In this document: one piece after another, positions 13,144 through 27,265 of the stretch
How the letters are laid out: each line of letters starts with the position of its first letter
How positions within the stretch are numbered: position 1 is the first letter of the stretch
Origin: Felis catus
Taxonomy: Eukaryota
DNA length: 64,000 nt
Reading direction: 5' to 3'
Assembly: GCF_018350175.1 (NCBI RefSeq)
Contig: NC_058371.1
Span: 103,292,001-103,356,000 of the forward strand
Made by a program: the position numbers and the translations under genes
The notes under the pieces: model-generated
What the model was told of the DNA's origin: nothing
What the model saw: only the letters and a program-made list of their open reading frames with translations
Database searches by the model: none

Positions 13144-13752
13144 TGTTAGTTTACTGTTTTTGCCTATAACAAATCACCACAAACTTAGAGGCTGAAGACA
13201 GCACCTTCTTCTTCTTTTTTTTTTTTTTTTTTTTTTTTTATCAGACTGTTCTGTAGGTGACGAGTCTGGGTGGATTCTCTGCTTAAAGGTTTTCCAAGTC
13301 CATATCAAAGTGTTGCAAAGCTGGGTTCTCATCTGGAGGTTTTGATGATCAGTTTGCTCCCAAGCTCATTCGTGTTGCTGGCTGAATTCAGTTCCTCGAG
13401 GTTACAGGACTTCTCTATTGCCGGCTGCTGGTCAGGTTTCAGTCCCTTGATCTCTTAGGGGTCACTCTCAGGCCACCGTGTAGCCCAGTCATCTCAGTCA
13501 TAGAGAATCCTTCTCATGTCAAATCCTTCTCATGCTTCCTGGCTCTCTGACTTCTGTACTTACCAGCCAGAGAAAATTGTCTTGTTTTAAATAGCTTGCG
13601 TGATTAGGTAGGCTCCCCAGGGGTACTCTCCCTTCTGTGATACCGCGTGATCAGAGGAGTGATATCCTATTGTACTCACGGCTTCCACTCGCTCTCAAAG
13701 GCATTCTCAAGGGTCATGGGGTGTAACTTTTTTTTTAGAATTCTGCTTACCA
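13144..13752 (-). mobile_element. MaLR MLT1 LTR, opposite orientation
   Basis: ataacaaatcaccacaaacttag..ttagaattctgcttacca. Confidence 0.75.
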
Positions 13753-13789
13753 GTTGGCAACTAGGGACCAAGGTTGTAAGGATATTGAG

Positions 13790-14045
13790 TTTGTGTAATG
13801 TGGTAGATTCTAGAATCAGATTGTCTTGGTTTGAACCCTAGCGTCACTACCTAACTAGCTGTGAAACCTTGGATAAGTTATTCTGTTTTTGCCTCAGTTT
13901 CCTCATTTGTTAAATGTGGTTAACATGTAGCACCCACCTCATGGGGCTGTTTTGAGGAATATATTATATATTATGTGTAAAGGTGCTTATTAGCAAAGTA
14001 TCTGACACATAATAAACACTCAATAGCTGTGAGCTGTTATTACTA
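13790..14045 (+). mobile_element. MIR
   Basis: Core ctagctgtgaaaccttggataagtta..gcctcagtttcctcatttgt. Confidence 0.8.
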
Positions 14046-14055
14046 TTACTATTTG

Positions 14056-14275
14056 TTTTTTTCTTTCTTTTTTTGAGCATTTATTCATTTTTGAGACAGA
14101 GAAAGGCAGAGCATGAATGGGACAGGGTCAGAGAGAGGGAGACACAGAATCTGAAACAGGCTCCAGGCTCTGAGCTGTCAGCACAGAGCCCGACACAGGG
14201 CTCGAACTCACAGACCGCGAGATCATGACCTGAGCCGAAGTCGGCCGCTAACTGACTGAGCCACCCAGGCGCCCC
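14056..14275 (-). mobile_element. Can-SINE (SINEC_Fc-like)
   Basis: Complete copy ending caggcgcccc. Confidence 0.9.
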
Positions 14276-14552
14276 TTATTATTTGTTCTTTAAAGCAGAT
14301 CCTTTTATGTTTCAGTTTTCCTAGAATGAATTTGACTAAATATAAAGCATATGTTTAGTAAAAGTAACATGATACTCATACACATGGGAGACTTGCATCA
14401 TTATAGAATCTGACTGTCATGAGCATCTCTCAGATGGAAGTGTGAGTGCCATTCCCCTGCTCTAGGCAGGGAAGTTTGCTTTTAGATGGCCTAGGCCAGG
14501 TGTGTGGGGGTGTGTGCCTATGTTTTGGCTCAGTTTCAGCCTGTCAATAGTG

Positions 14553-15131
14553 GTGTTAGACATCCCAGAGGAATGCCTGGGGACATTCATCTAGGTTCAT
14601 GCCACTTTGTGGTGAGCCCCCCAGAGACATTTCCCCAAATGGGGACATTGTTGTGGTAGGACTGCTCCTTATTTATGGTTCTTAATTATGATTGCAAGAT
14701 GAACCTCAGCAACAACCATCAGGGAACTTTGGAAAAATGAGTTTATTACTTATGGGTCCTGGAGGGCACATGGCATGCATGGGACCACACAGTGAGGTCG
14801 TGAATAGAGACAGAGGGTAGAGACATGGATAGTGGACCTGGGTTTCTACCTCTTATTGGAGTTGAAGGTGAGGTGCCTAGGGTTTTGTGGGTATCCTCTT
14901 TATTGATGAATTTAAAACGTATGTGGGGGTAGGAATTAAAATATGGGAAGGGAAAAGCAAGTGGTCAGAAGGTCAGTTATCTATGTCTACCAGAGCTCTC
15001 TAAAAAGGGAACTTTATGAGTGGGACAGCCAGGTTCTTTATCTAGCTGTGTGGTTGTCAGTGTCTTTATTCAAGATGGATATCTTTGAAGTGGATGCCAA
15101 GCAATCAAAATCTTAATGTCAGGCATTTACA
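14553..15131 (-). mobile_element. Probable ERV solo LTR
   Basis: TG...CA bounded, GC-richer, antisense AATAAA (tttatt); family not recognised. Confidence 0.45.
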
Positions 15132-17216
15132 TTGCAGTCAGAAAAACCAACTGTCAGATACTCACACTTAGACCTAGAAGCCATGCAGTGGGAAGAGGCT
15201 GGAATGGCCTGAGCTGAGATGAACCACATCAGCATGTGAAGGCCTTGTATGTCATGCAAAGGAGTTTGGACTTCTGATAGGCACTGGGCAGCTTTTAAAC
15301 AGGTACTGGTAGGAGGAGATGCACGAACGACCAAGAGAACTCTGAAGGCAGTGTGAAGGATGAATTTGAAGATAGATTTTGAATCAATGTGGAAAAATAC
15401 TCAATTATGAGAGTGCTATCTATGTTCAGATAGTGGATCATTGTCAGGACGTGCCCCAAATCCAAGAGCTTTCTTCCCTTGGCATCTTTATAAGAAAAGA
15501 TTAGGAAGCTCTGCTGGAGGTGAGGCTGGGTCAGACTAGAGAGGTCTGGACCAGGAGGTCCTGGTGGATGCTATTGACCAGGAGATGCAGAGCATCTGAG
15601 TCAGAAGAAGGTCCAGGCTTGAGTGATATTTGAGTTTAAGAGTAGATGGGAACCCAGGAGATCAGTCTATGAGGAGTGTCTGAATTGGTACCCGGAGAGT
15701 AGAATCCACCATTTGGGTTGCATATCCCAGAAGAGAGGGACTGATGGCATGGAGAGGACCTAGGAGTCCCACCTGGCAGGGACAAGGCCGGCTTTCCTCT
15801 GGCCTCGGGCAGATCCAACAGTGCAAGACTGTCAGAAAAAGGTTGGGATTCAGGAAAAAAAATCCAGTGAATAGAATGACTGCCCTGCATGTAAAGCAAG
15901 CTGGGTAGGAGCCCAATCATGTATGGACTAGATTGGGAATGAGAGATTGTCCCATGGGAAAAAAAATAAAAAAATGCAGCTTTTGTATTTTATGATACAG
16001 AGTCAGAACAGAATTAACGTCAGGGTTGACTCAGCGATACCAGACTATATCATCTCAGCGTCTGCCCATTTTCTTAAACAGGCCATGAACTGGCCTCAGG
16101 TCAGAGGATTTGAGAGTGAGGACTAAGTGACCTGAGTGCTGAATTCAGAGGGCCCACCCAGATGGTCCACTTACTCCCCCATCTCTGGAAGGGACCACAT
16201 TCCTGAAGGATCTGTTGGAATGTCCAAGATTCCTTTTCTGAAGAGCTCCCCCTCCCGAGTGCGTTCTTAGTTCCAATGACTCCCTGGATATGTAACGCCA
16301 GCTGCAAGACAATCAGATCAAGGGAAAAGCTCCAGCTTTCTTTATCAGAAAAGATCCCCTACTGCAATATTTGTATCCTAGGTTTAGATGGCATTCCTTA
16401 CCAGGCCTTTGTTGCCAGAGCAGTTACTGGTGCCAGACACAGCTTGGTCTGTAACAGAGAGATATTCCTATTGCAGTGATCCTGCCTCCTGGCAACACAA
16501 GACTTTTGGCAGAATTCTCGAAAATGAGCTAAAGTAAGAGAGAAGCATGTAAAACATAGATGTTGTGGCCCCTTTTAAGCCAGTCCTTCTGTTCACATTT
16601 GGATGGTAGGAAGTTAAGAGCTTTACCTAGAAATTTGGAGCGAGGAACCTAAATGTTTCAGGAGCAAGTAGAGATCAGCTTCTTGGACAAAACTTCTTTT
16701 TCTGCACACTCCTTAACTCAGAGGGTATTCTGCAGATCACCCTTACTGATTATGTTCTTACTGATGAATGCCCATGTGGCATTCATGGGCCTTCTTTAAA
16801 TTATATATGAGGGTCATATTTTGCCATCTTTCCACTGTGCCATATACAACTCAAAGATGGAGAGTCAGGAATCATCGGCCAACCCACCCGATGGTCTAGA
16901 TGTGTGGAAGGAAGATTTGAGAATTGTCTCCTTTCCTCTTTGATTGCATGTAATGTATATATTATTTAAATTTTGTGCCTATATTCCTTCATGTAATTAC
17001 CTGAAATATGCCTGTCTCTATGGTTTTGTCTGCTTTGGATTCAAAACTTCTAGAGGGTTAATCTGTCTAATTTTCTCCTTCTGTACTCTATTTTTTGGAT
17101 ATTAGGTACCAACATTCAAGGCTTTTAAATCAACACTTACCATTCATCTTTCATTCTCTCCTTAACTCTGGTTTTTAATTCCAAAGAGACTTTTCTTTAC
17201 GTCTTCTTTAAAAAAA

Positions 17217-17428
17217 TTTTTTTTTAATGTTTATTTATTCTTGAGAGAAGGAAAGACACAGAGCATGAGAAGAGAGACATAGAGAGAGAAGGAAACGCAC
17301 AATCCACAGCAGGCTCCAGGCTTGAGCTGTCTGCACAGAGCCCGACGTAGGGCTCGAACTCATGAACTGCAAAATCATGACCTGAGCCGAAGTCGGACGC
17401 TTAACCGACTGAGCCACCCAGGCATCCC
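17217..17428 (-). mobile_element. Can-SINE
   Basis: Complete copy. Confidence 0.9.
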
Positions 17429-18194
17429 TAGGTCTCCTTTTTATATATGAAAATTCTCAAGTTGAATGCCAAGCGTATATCTTCCTGTTTAGTGTTTCCT
17501 TCAAATTGACATTGGCTTTTCAATTTCTCCTTAGTATCAATGAGACTGATCACACAGGCTTACAGTTTTGGAGTATTTGCAACTTTCCTTGGCCTGTACC
17601 TCACATTAATTTCACACACCCAGGTATTTATTTTTCAGTGACCCACTGTTTTCATTTTTATAGCTGTTACCTCTTTCCAGAACTTACTGATTCACATCTA
17701 GGTCATTCATAATAGCCCGTCTGGTTCTTTTTGCTTTCACAAAATTTTACCTCCACCACACAGTCCATTCTGCATATTAGAGTTGTTGGCTTATCATCTA
17801 CTTCCCTTTATATTTCCAGGTTGAAGCAAAATATTGGCGGAGTTTTCATTCTTCCTCCATGCAGTGGTGTATGATTACCAAGAAGCTGATCCCTGTGGGG
17901 GTGGGTCCTGATTCGACTTAACCATTGACATTCCTGTTAAATGGAGGACAAAGTATCCTACTTGATGCAATCACCATATATTTCTTGTTTCTCTGATTTT
18001 GCTACTTGAACCACCAAATTTGAGTCCTGTCATCTTTTAATGTGTCTTCCCAATCAAATTTACCAGTATCCTTCATCTTGCCTTCTGTGCAAGTCATACT
18101 GTTATGACTAGGCTGCTCCACCTTTCTTTCATTGGTATAATTTTTTTCCAGTGCAGTCATACCTTATGCAGGGCTTAGGTTCTGAAGCAAGTTC

Positions 18195-18415
18195 TTTTTT
18201 TTTTTTTTTTAAACGTTTTTATTTATTTTTGAGACAGAGAGAGACAGAGCATGAACGGGGGAGGGTCACAGAGAGAGGGAGGCACAGAATCTGAAACAGG
18301 CTCCAGGCTCTGAGCCATCAGCCCAGAGCCCGACGCGGGGCTCGAACTCACGGACCTCGAGATCGTGACCTGGCTGAAGTCGGACGCTTGACCGACTGCG
18401 CCACCCAGGCGCCCC
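18195..18415 (-). mobile_element. Young Can-SINE (SINEC_Fc-like)
   Basis: CpG-rich, pure poly(T), TSD ctgaagcaagttctt. Confidence 0.92.
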
Positions 18416-18676
18416 ACTGAAGCAAGTTCTTAAGGCAACTGTCTTGTATAGTAAAAATTGTGGGCCATGAAGGAATGGTCCTTACTATTTAAATTTGTTT
18501 TCTTTCTTTGATTTTTTTCCTCATTTCTTATTTCCTTTAATTGAACAGATGTAGTTTAATTTGTGTAAGTTAATATGAGTACAGTGGAACTCTTGTTAAG
18601 TTTTGAAATGACCTTCTGCCTCTTCTATTGACAAATTTATATCCCATCCATTTAGTCCCTGGACTGAACTCATCTT

Positions 18677-19234
18677 GTGTACTGGGGATCCCCAAGCCTA
18701 CCCCCACATTTGGAGATTCACGAGAAGCATTCATGGGATTTAGCATATAGTTTTACTCATGGCTAAGATTTATTGCAATGACCCAGTAGGAATATACTGT
18801 AAAGCCAGATCATAAAGGGAAAAGGCACAGGCAGAGTCTGCAGAAACCCATGAGTAGATTTCCTTAGGCTCTTTCCCTCGCATGAAGTGTCACACAGAGC
18901 ACACTCTTCTCTCAGTAATGAACTTGCAGCCACACACATGATGTTTCTGTACAAAGAAGCCCATTAGAAATTTGGTACCCGAGGTTTTTATTGGGGACTT
19001 GTAGGCATTTTCTGCATCACATGTAAGAAAATTGCAGATTTACAGAAGAAAAGCAGGTGTTGAGCATAAACGAAATTGTTTCCACAGTCTAGGCACAGTG
19101 AACCACCCTTGTTCACTATTGACTGGGGACACTCTGAGAACCCGAGTTCCCACATGCCAGCCAAGGGCCAGTCTTACAAGCAGACTTTCTAAGCCTGGTG
19201 GTCTCCAGCCTGCTGGGTTTACACTTTTTGCACA
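18677..19234 (-). mobile_element. MER21-like ERVL LTR
   Basis: ggggatccccaag..agcatatagttttactcatggctaagatttatt..actttttgcaca matches recalled MER21 consensus. Confidence 0.75.
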
Positions 19235-20146
19235 CCTCTTAGTTGGAAGCTTTTTATAATGTACTCTTCGGTGCTCTGACATTGACTTTTCATGTTGGTC
19301 CATCCAGGCGACCTGGAGCTGTATGTTATTTTATACGCATGTGTACTAAATGTTTTTGAAATGAATGAAGTTCATATATATATATACCACTTTGTAACAA
19401 TCAGTACATTGTTTTGTGAGTTAAAAGAAGTATTTGTTTTCTGCTTCCTCATTAATATTGAAGATGTTGAGAAAAGGAGCTGTTTTCTAGAATTTCATTT
19501 GTAGCTTTTCCTAGTACATTTTAAAATAACCAATAAATGTACAGTAAATGTTCAATAAATGTTGTTTACTGATAACTGTTGTCACTTTTTAGAATTCTTC
19601 ATCACAGAACTATAGTTGTTGGGTGATTATGAGAAGGTAAAGGATGAACTTTAGTAATTGAGAAACATCGTTGTCTTAGGTGCATTTTTATGCAAAGATA
19701 ACTCATTTGGTCTGTATTGAGTTATGTACATTTTGAAGATATGAATGAAGGGAATATAATTAATTTAAATGGATTGGGTAGATTTAATTTTAATGGCCTG
19801 TAGAAAAACTATGTACTTCACAAAAAATCTGAAAACACTGACGACTACAGCAGTAGAATTTGGGTTAGAAGATCAGGATCAAAGGAAAAGTAGATACTTT
19901 TTTTCTCTTTTTTTTCCCCCCCTGTGAACTGCACACTGCTCTTTGCTATTCAGTGTTTCCATAAACTTTGCCTAGAAGTTTTCAGATACAAAGCATCTTA
20001 TCTAAAAATACCATCAAAACTGTGCTCTCTGGATCTTGGAGATTATCGTTTTTTATACAACCAGCTCTTTCCAATAATTTCATGTCTGAGAATTAGAATT
20101 TTGCTACTCAAATTTGCTTATTATTATTTGGCACATTTCATATACT

Positions 20147-20268
20147 CTTTTTGAAAAAGTTTATTTATTTTGAGAGAGAGAGAGAGTGGGTGAGGGGCAG
20201 AGAGAGAGGGAGAGAGACAGAATCTCAAGCAGGCTCTGAACTGCCCGAACTGAAGGGCACAGGTACCC
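20147..20268 (-). mobile_element. Truncated Can-SINE
   Basis: Tail and (GA)n only. Confidence 0.75.
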
Positions 20269-20389
20269 TTTTAATATGTCATAGGGAATGTTCTCCAGAA
20301 GCTGGCTTCAAGGCTTTACATTTGTATAAGTTTCAAATCTATATTAAACAATTGGGCAACACTATAGTCTCATAGAGCTAACTAGATTT

Positions 20390-20600
20390 AAATTTTTGTT
20401 AATGTTTATTTATTTTTGAGAAAGAGGGAGACAGAGTGCAAGTGGGGGGGGGTGGGCAGAGAGAGACACAGAATCTGGAACAAGCTCCAGGCTCTGAGCT
20501 GTCAGCACAGAGCCCGATGTGGGGCTCGAACCCACGAACTGTGAGATCATGACCTGAGCCGAAGTCGGACACTTAACCGACTGAGCCACCCAGGCGCCCC
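20390..20600 (-). mobile_element. Can-SINE
   Basis: Perfect TSD agagctaactagatttaa. Confidence 0.92.
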
Positions 20601-20702
20601 AGAGCTAACTAGATTTAAAGTTTTGTGAATTATTTCTGCTGGATCTGATGGATGCTACCAAACTGTCAGGAGACATGTTGACTTTATTAATATGGTTTTC
20701 TA

Positions 20703-20928
20703 GGGGCGCCTGGGTGGCGCAGTCGGTTAAGCGTCCGACTTCAGCCAGGTCACGATCTCATGGTCTGTGAGTTCGAGCCCCGCGTCAGGCTCTGGGCTGA
20801 TGGCTCGGAGCCTGGAGCCTGTTTCCGATTCTGTGTCTCCCTCTCTCTCTGCCCCTCCCCCGTTCATGCTCTGTCTCTCTCTGTCCAAAAAATAAATAAA
20901 AACATTGGAAAAAAAATTTAAAAAAAAA
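20703..20928 (+). mobile_element. Young Can-SINE (SINEC_Fc-like)
   Basis: ggggcgcctgggtggcgcagtcggttaagcgtccgact; perfect TSD aatatggttttcta. Confidence 0.93.
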
Positions 20929-22739
20929 TATGGTTTTCTAATTTATTAGTGAAGTAACACGTATAGAGAAATCAAAAAGTAAACCGCTAAGTAGTCAAAA
21001 TAGATGCACACACTAAGCCCTGTGTATCCTTCACAAAAAACCTCTAAAGCAATAATATAATATGCTAATGTCAGCAGAATTTACTTTACTTTTTATGCAA
21101 TAAAAAACTTTTCTGTCCAAAAGTGTCACTGACATTTGAATACCTGAACATGTTTGTAAAACCATAGAAAGGGATGATGGCTACACGGTGAAGGCTATCT
21201 CATCAATTTCCTGTGGAAAACAGGATACACTTTTGACTTTGTCTTTCAGTTTATGTTAGTTGTTCCTTCTTTTAAAAAGATAGCCCAATTTTCAAAATAC
21301 TTTGAAAGGCAAGACTCAAAAAAGGAGTGCTTTTAAAAGTTGTACATTAAGTCTCATATTACCTCTCATAAAATGTTTTTGAACCTTAAAAGGAAATAAA
21401 GGCCATGACAGTTTTAAAAAAAGACACAATAGCTGAGCTTTTAGTGCATAAAATATTTATTGACACCATTACCAAATAAAAGGTTTCCATCTCTGAGTGG
21501 TCAGCTGCCTAAGCATAGATAGATAGCATTTACTTAGCTATGTAAACTTGACCGAGTTCCTCAGTTAAATTCGCCTTTGTGTCTGACTGTATCACGAGAA
21601 CTTGCTTTCTATAGGTTACTTTTATATAAAGGCAACTTCAGTTAAGTGTAAGATGTGGGGCCAAAAAAGCCTCTTTGATTTTAAGTTGCATCACTAGACA
21701 TGCTGCCCAGATCCTGCGTCATATAGTCCTTTGTATGCTGTCTTCTGTCCTCCATTAAGAGAGATCTGACAGACGGGTATGCATCTGTAGAGAACAACCA
21801 GGATAGCAAAAGAGCCTAAATCACATCAGACAAGGAGAGAATGATTTGTCTTGTAGAAGAGAAAACAAAGAGAAGAAGGGACTCTTGCCTTCAGGAACTT
21901 GAAGGCCTGTGTGTGTAAGAGAAATTAAAACTACAGAAGAGGACAGAGCTGGAGTTGATGGCAGGTGGTCATAGAGCAACGTGTCTCAATTTGGCAGAAG
22001 GGAGAGTGTCAGTTCTGTGGAAATGGCATCTGGATTTGCTACTACCTTATAATGGCACCTGCTCTTACTGCACGTGTCCAAGCAGAGGCTCTTTGAATGT
22101 GTGTTTGATGTGAGTAGAGGAGTTTAGCATATCCTTCATGTCCCTTCCTTGGAAAAAGTTAGCATGTTTCTGGCTGTGCCATTGAAAGTATTGTTTGTCT
22201 TTAAGGTGTCTGTTAGCCACTGTGAGCCTTGGTTTCTTCAGTTTATTAATACTTGGTGATTGCAGATATCATTGGTATAATGTACTGTCCTGCATCTTAT
22301 TTCATTCTATGCTCTTACAGTTTCTGTGAGGTCCCAGGGCAGAGGTTATTATCCCCAAGGTCAGGAGACCGTGGCTCTGCTCCGTGACAGGGAATGATTC
22401 ACTCTAAGTGGTACAGTCAGAGTTTGGGTAACACCTCGCTTTTTGATTTCTAGTTCAGCATTTCTCCCGCTTGGGAATACTTTACTGAGGTTCCTTTCAG
22501 CTTGACATATTTAGGGCACTAATTATTTGTAATGAAAAACAGATTTAACTTTTCACATCAATCCTTTTAAGTTATTTAACTTCCTGGGCATAATATTATG
22601 AATGCTGTTCAGTTAAAGAGACAGGGGTTTGTAAAAGTCTGTGTTTTCTCTGTCTGCTTTCCCATCTGAAGATGGGAATCTACGGGTCGAGATTATTCGA
22701 TAATATGGAGGAGGAGATACAAGCAGATATACTAGAATG

Positions 22740-22768
<29 letters not shown>
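22740..22768. repeat. (TG)n microsatellite
   Basis: Seen directly. Confidence 0.95.
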
Positions 22769-22770
<2 letters not shown>

Positions 22771-25137
22771 CACAAAACAAGAATTTTAAACAGAATCTTT
22801 TCGAAAATCAACAGAAAAGAAACCCACACCCTTTGCTTAGAAACTATAAATCACGTTTCCTAGTGACAATCCTTGCTGATTTCTGAAAGTATGTCTCTTT
22901 GGTTTAAATCTGACCACAGTGTGCTGTCAGAACTGATCACTTGAGCAAACTTCTGGTTATTAGACACTGAAGGCAGGGCATTTGGCCTAACTTCAGTTAA
23001 AAACAATCACAGAAAAAAAAATTGCTTGTCCTTTGGATCCAAAAATATGATGACATTGTATACTCCAAAGATATCCATACCTTAAATCTTAGTGCTTGAA
23101 ACTACATTCTTTGAAAAACCTTGTTGAAAGACAGGCAGGGAAGTGTATTTTCTTTACTAAATAAATCCTACAGCATACTGTGACTTCTTGTTAAGGACAT
23201 TACTGCTGTATTTTTTGGAACTGACTGTGCTTCACTGCGTTAAATTTTACCTTATGTTAGATAAGATTCTATTGGTTATATTTTGCCATGTTCTGGAGAC
23301 AAATCTGGCTGATTAGCCTTGCCCTGATGGCCTGTTATGTATTGAGTGAAAAATTCCTCAGACATTCAGAATAATTGAAAGAGAAAAATAGAGTAACATT
23401 GTAGATTTTTTTCCCTGTGAAAATTAACTATCCGAATATTAAGTAAGCCCTGCTACCCAATTTAACACAGAACATACTTATATTTAAGGAAAGAGAATTT
23501 GTATTGGTTACCTGCTGCCAACTTTTTCTGTTACCTACAAGTTAGGGTTTTCTCCCACTGAGCTGAATCCTTTTTGTAATTTCCTTTGTTCTTTACTGGG
23601 TGGGAAGACATCAGCTGTGACTTCTATTTAATACTAATCTTTCCTCTGGAAAAAGGGACAGATCTAAAGTGGCACGTTCTCTAGATCACTTCAAAAGTGA
23701 CGTCAGTAGCATTTAGCAGAGGCTAGAACCTGCCAAATTCCTACACAGTGATAATCTTCATTTACTATAAAGTGGCAAAGTCATAAACAACTGTATTGAA
23801 GTGTGAATGTTTTCATTTTTGCGTGAGGGGTTCTTCCCCTTCCCCACCTTCTCTAACTTTTTTTTCTGTAACTGGCTTAGGAAGTCTGTGCAAATTAAAC
23901 AGAGTTTGGGGCTGAGATAGTTTTTACTGCAAGATGAGAACATTTACTTCACTACAGGCCCCCAGGCATGCGGAAGACTGTTCTCAGTAGGACAGTAACC
24001 CATACACTTCATTTTCATGAAAATTCAAATAAAAGATGATGGTATTTGGAAGACTAGTTTTGATGGAAAAAAATACACTTTGGCTGCAAAGGTTAGTTAG
24101 ATGCTGAAACATGATACTTAAGAGGAGTATCTTCTTTATTTGTTGGACTTTAAAAATGTTCAATTTATTACTTCAGGGTTCAGTATCAAATTAAAAATAG
24201 ATAAATGGAGACTTTAATAGTAGCCATCTGTCTGGAGAGTTTTTATTTGGTTTCTCTGGAGAGAAGAAAGATGGCTTAGATTATCTTTGAATGTCTCTTT
24301 TAGATATTTCATGAGGAGAATGCTGTGGTCAGGGGAGCAAGATAAAAGTCATGTGAGCAGATAATCTAACAGCTTTAGTGAAGTGTTGAAGACAGGGATA
24401 GGGGAATGAGGAAATGACCAGGCACTTGAAAGTTGGGGAAAACAGGTAGCCTGCAAAGATTGCATAGGAACGTAAAAGTCATTTGGGTAAGGGTGTCTAG
24501 AATAAAGTAAATGGAAAGTGGGTCTGTTAATGAACAAAAAAAATGATTTCGACTATGAATATGTAAGCAACCATAGTAACATCACTGCCTGTGATAGTGT
24601 TGTTATGAGAATATAAGTAATAGTGAATCAATATATAAGTTTGGATCTATTGAAAGTATCATGTTTCATCAAAATTTTAATATAAAATTAAATTGTGCTT
24701 GTCCCTTAAGCTGGAATGTAGTGTGAGAAGGTTATGGGCAACCAGAGAGTGCATATATCTAACGGACTGGAAATGAGTCAGTAATACTGAATAATTGGAC
24801 GTATTTGGAGCCAAAGGGCCTGGGAAAAACACTGAAATATATGAAGAACAGACAATGCCCCTGGTAAAATGTGCTTACTATAATAAGTTACAGAGCAATC
24901 TTTGTTATGTTTCACATCTTTGGGAAAGAATTCCAAATATCAACCACATCTAATATATATTGTTCTTAATACTAAGTGACAAATGTATGACTTAGAAGGG
25001 CCATTGACTGGTTTCTGTAAGTAGTCATATCCTCTCAAACTGAGATATGTCACAGACAGAGCCATTGGTGTTTCCCTAAATAAACTTAGCTGGATTTTGT
25101 GGATTTCAACAGTAGTTGTGTTACTGGTGGGAGAGTC

Positions 25138-25810
25138 TGTTGTGTGAATGGAGGTCTTGGTCCTTGGATTCTCCACAAGAAGATTTACATGGGGATCCCT
25201 GCCCCTCAAAAAGACAGTCAGAAGGAAAGTAGCAAACACAAAGCAGTTTATTAAAGGGAAAGTACACTCTTAAATCAAAGTGGGTGAGCAGGCAGATTCC
25301 CCTGAGGTAGAATGGCCCCTAGGTTGTTTTGGGATTGGATATTATTGGGTCTCTGTGGGCTGGGAGGAGCTGTGAGGTACAGTGGCATGGTCTCTAATGG
25401 AGGCTGCTTCTTTTCATTTGGGAGACGCCCCCTACAGGTTGGGCGCCCCTTACAGGTTGGGAGGAGGAGTTTGAACCTACAAGATTTGTATATCAACCCA
25501 CAAAGCAGCCTTTCTCCATGGGGGTGGGGAGGCTGTACCTGCAATGCAAAGGCATTATAATGAGTCTAGGGGTTACCCAGCGGCGGAGGTGAAGAGAAGA
25601 ACTTATGCTCTGCACCTGTGGCTCTTGATTTGCCAGTCCCAAGGTCTTGGAAGCCACAAGGTGAGACTGTTGTGCCTCCGGGCATTTAACATGTTGCTTA
25701 TTTTTCACCATCCTTGCCTCCAGCTCAGGTCTGTACCATTCCCCTTCTTGGATTTGGGACTCTGCCTCTGGGTGTTCCTTCCACTGCTCCTGTCCAGCTT
25801 CTACCTAACA
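25138..25810 (-). mobile_element. Probable ERV solo LTR
   Basis: TGTTG...TAACA termini, antisense AATAAA, GC-richer than flanks, internal tandem duplication. Confidence 0.6.
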
Positions 25811-26559
25811 GATGTAGGTTTTTAATTTTGGTCTTGAGAAAAATATTTTTTTCAAGCATCTAATGGCATTGCCACTTGTTCTGCTTAATTTAGCTGTTTG
25901 TCAATATAGTTTTGTTACTGTAGCTAGGGAGGAACCTGGCAAGGAGAATTTATACCCGAGTATTTAAAATTATTTACCCTGTTTAAAGAAAGGTGGGTTG
26001 ATGTCCTCTTTGAGGAGAGGTGTAGAAGGTCCTTTCTATCTATCCTAGCAGTGCTTCTGGACATTTCTGATGTTACCTGTTGGGCAGTGAGGGTTCCGGG
26101 TTGAGGGTAGGAACGTAGTACAATTTTTAAGTGCCTGCCAAAAGAGATCTTCTCAGCATGAATTTATTTAGTGGGAAGTTACAGATTCCCATAGCTTCAC
26201 ACCTAAACATGAGATATAAATAGTAGGTGTTTATACTCCTAACTTCTTCTTTTAGCCAATTATAATATTGAAAATTAAATTCCTCCTTCTCAGTGAGGTC
26301 TGGCATTTCATTAGCAAGATTTTTAAATGATTATTGAGAATCCTTGGGCATTTAAGAAAACAGGAATTGTTTGAGAAGCATGGCAGTGAATGTATATGAT
26401 AGTAGAAACAGGTAAACTGTATTTTTTCTGAACAATATTTGCTGAAATCTTGAAATACTGTTTTTTTCAGTGCATGTAGCAGATATTTATATATGATAGT
26501 TTTTAGGGGTAACTTGACCTCTATAGATGGCTTCCTGGTCGCATGTTAGTATATGATTG

Positions 26560-27265
26560 GGCCAGTGCAGTCTGTCTGATCTCAGTACCCATTATTTTCT
26601 CAGTTGCTCCTTCTGTTCTAGTCCCATGGCCTTTTTGCTGTTCTTTGAACAAACCTAATTTGTCTTTAACCCAGGGCCTTTCTATTTCCCTTTTATTTGC
26701 TGTTCCTTCTGTCTGGGAGCACTCTTTAGTTCTTCACTGGCTCATGCCTTCCTTCTTCTTCCTCTTTTTTTTTTTTTTAAGTTTATTTATTTTGAGAGAG
26801 AGAGTGACAGAGAGCAAGTGAGCATGTGCACATGTGCGTGAGCTGGGGAAGGGCAGAGAGAGAGAGAATCCCAAGTGAGCTCTGTGCTGTCAGTGCAGAA
26901 CATGACACGGGGCTCGAACCATGAGCTCATGACCTAAGCCAAAATCAAGAGTCAGATGCTTAACGGACTGAGCCACCCAGGTGCCCCTGGTGCCTTCCTT
27001 CCTTAGAGCTCTTTTCAGATCACCTTGTCAGAGAGGCTATGCCTGACCATGTCATCTGAGACTGTCCATCTCCTCTCACTCTGCTTCCTGCTACTCTTCT
27101 TTAGTTGTCCTCACAGGCCTTATCTTTACCTGAGGTTATATTCTATACTTGTTTGTTCTGAAGTGCTGCAATGCCAGGCCTCATCTATCCTGTTCACTAA
27201 AAGATTCCCAGTGCCTTAAGCTGTACCGGGCACATGGTAAGAACTCAATAAATTATGCATGATTG
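26560..27265 (+). mobile_element. L2 3' end with nested Can-SINE (26765-26987, minus strand)
   Basis: cagggccttt..gctgttccttctgtctgg..ggcacatggtaagaactcaataaat; SINE TSD tgccttccttc. Confidence 0.75.
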
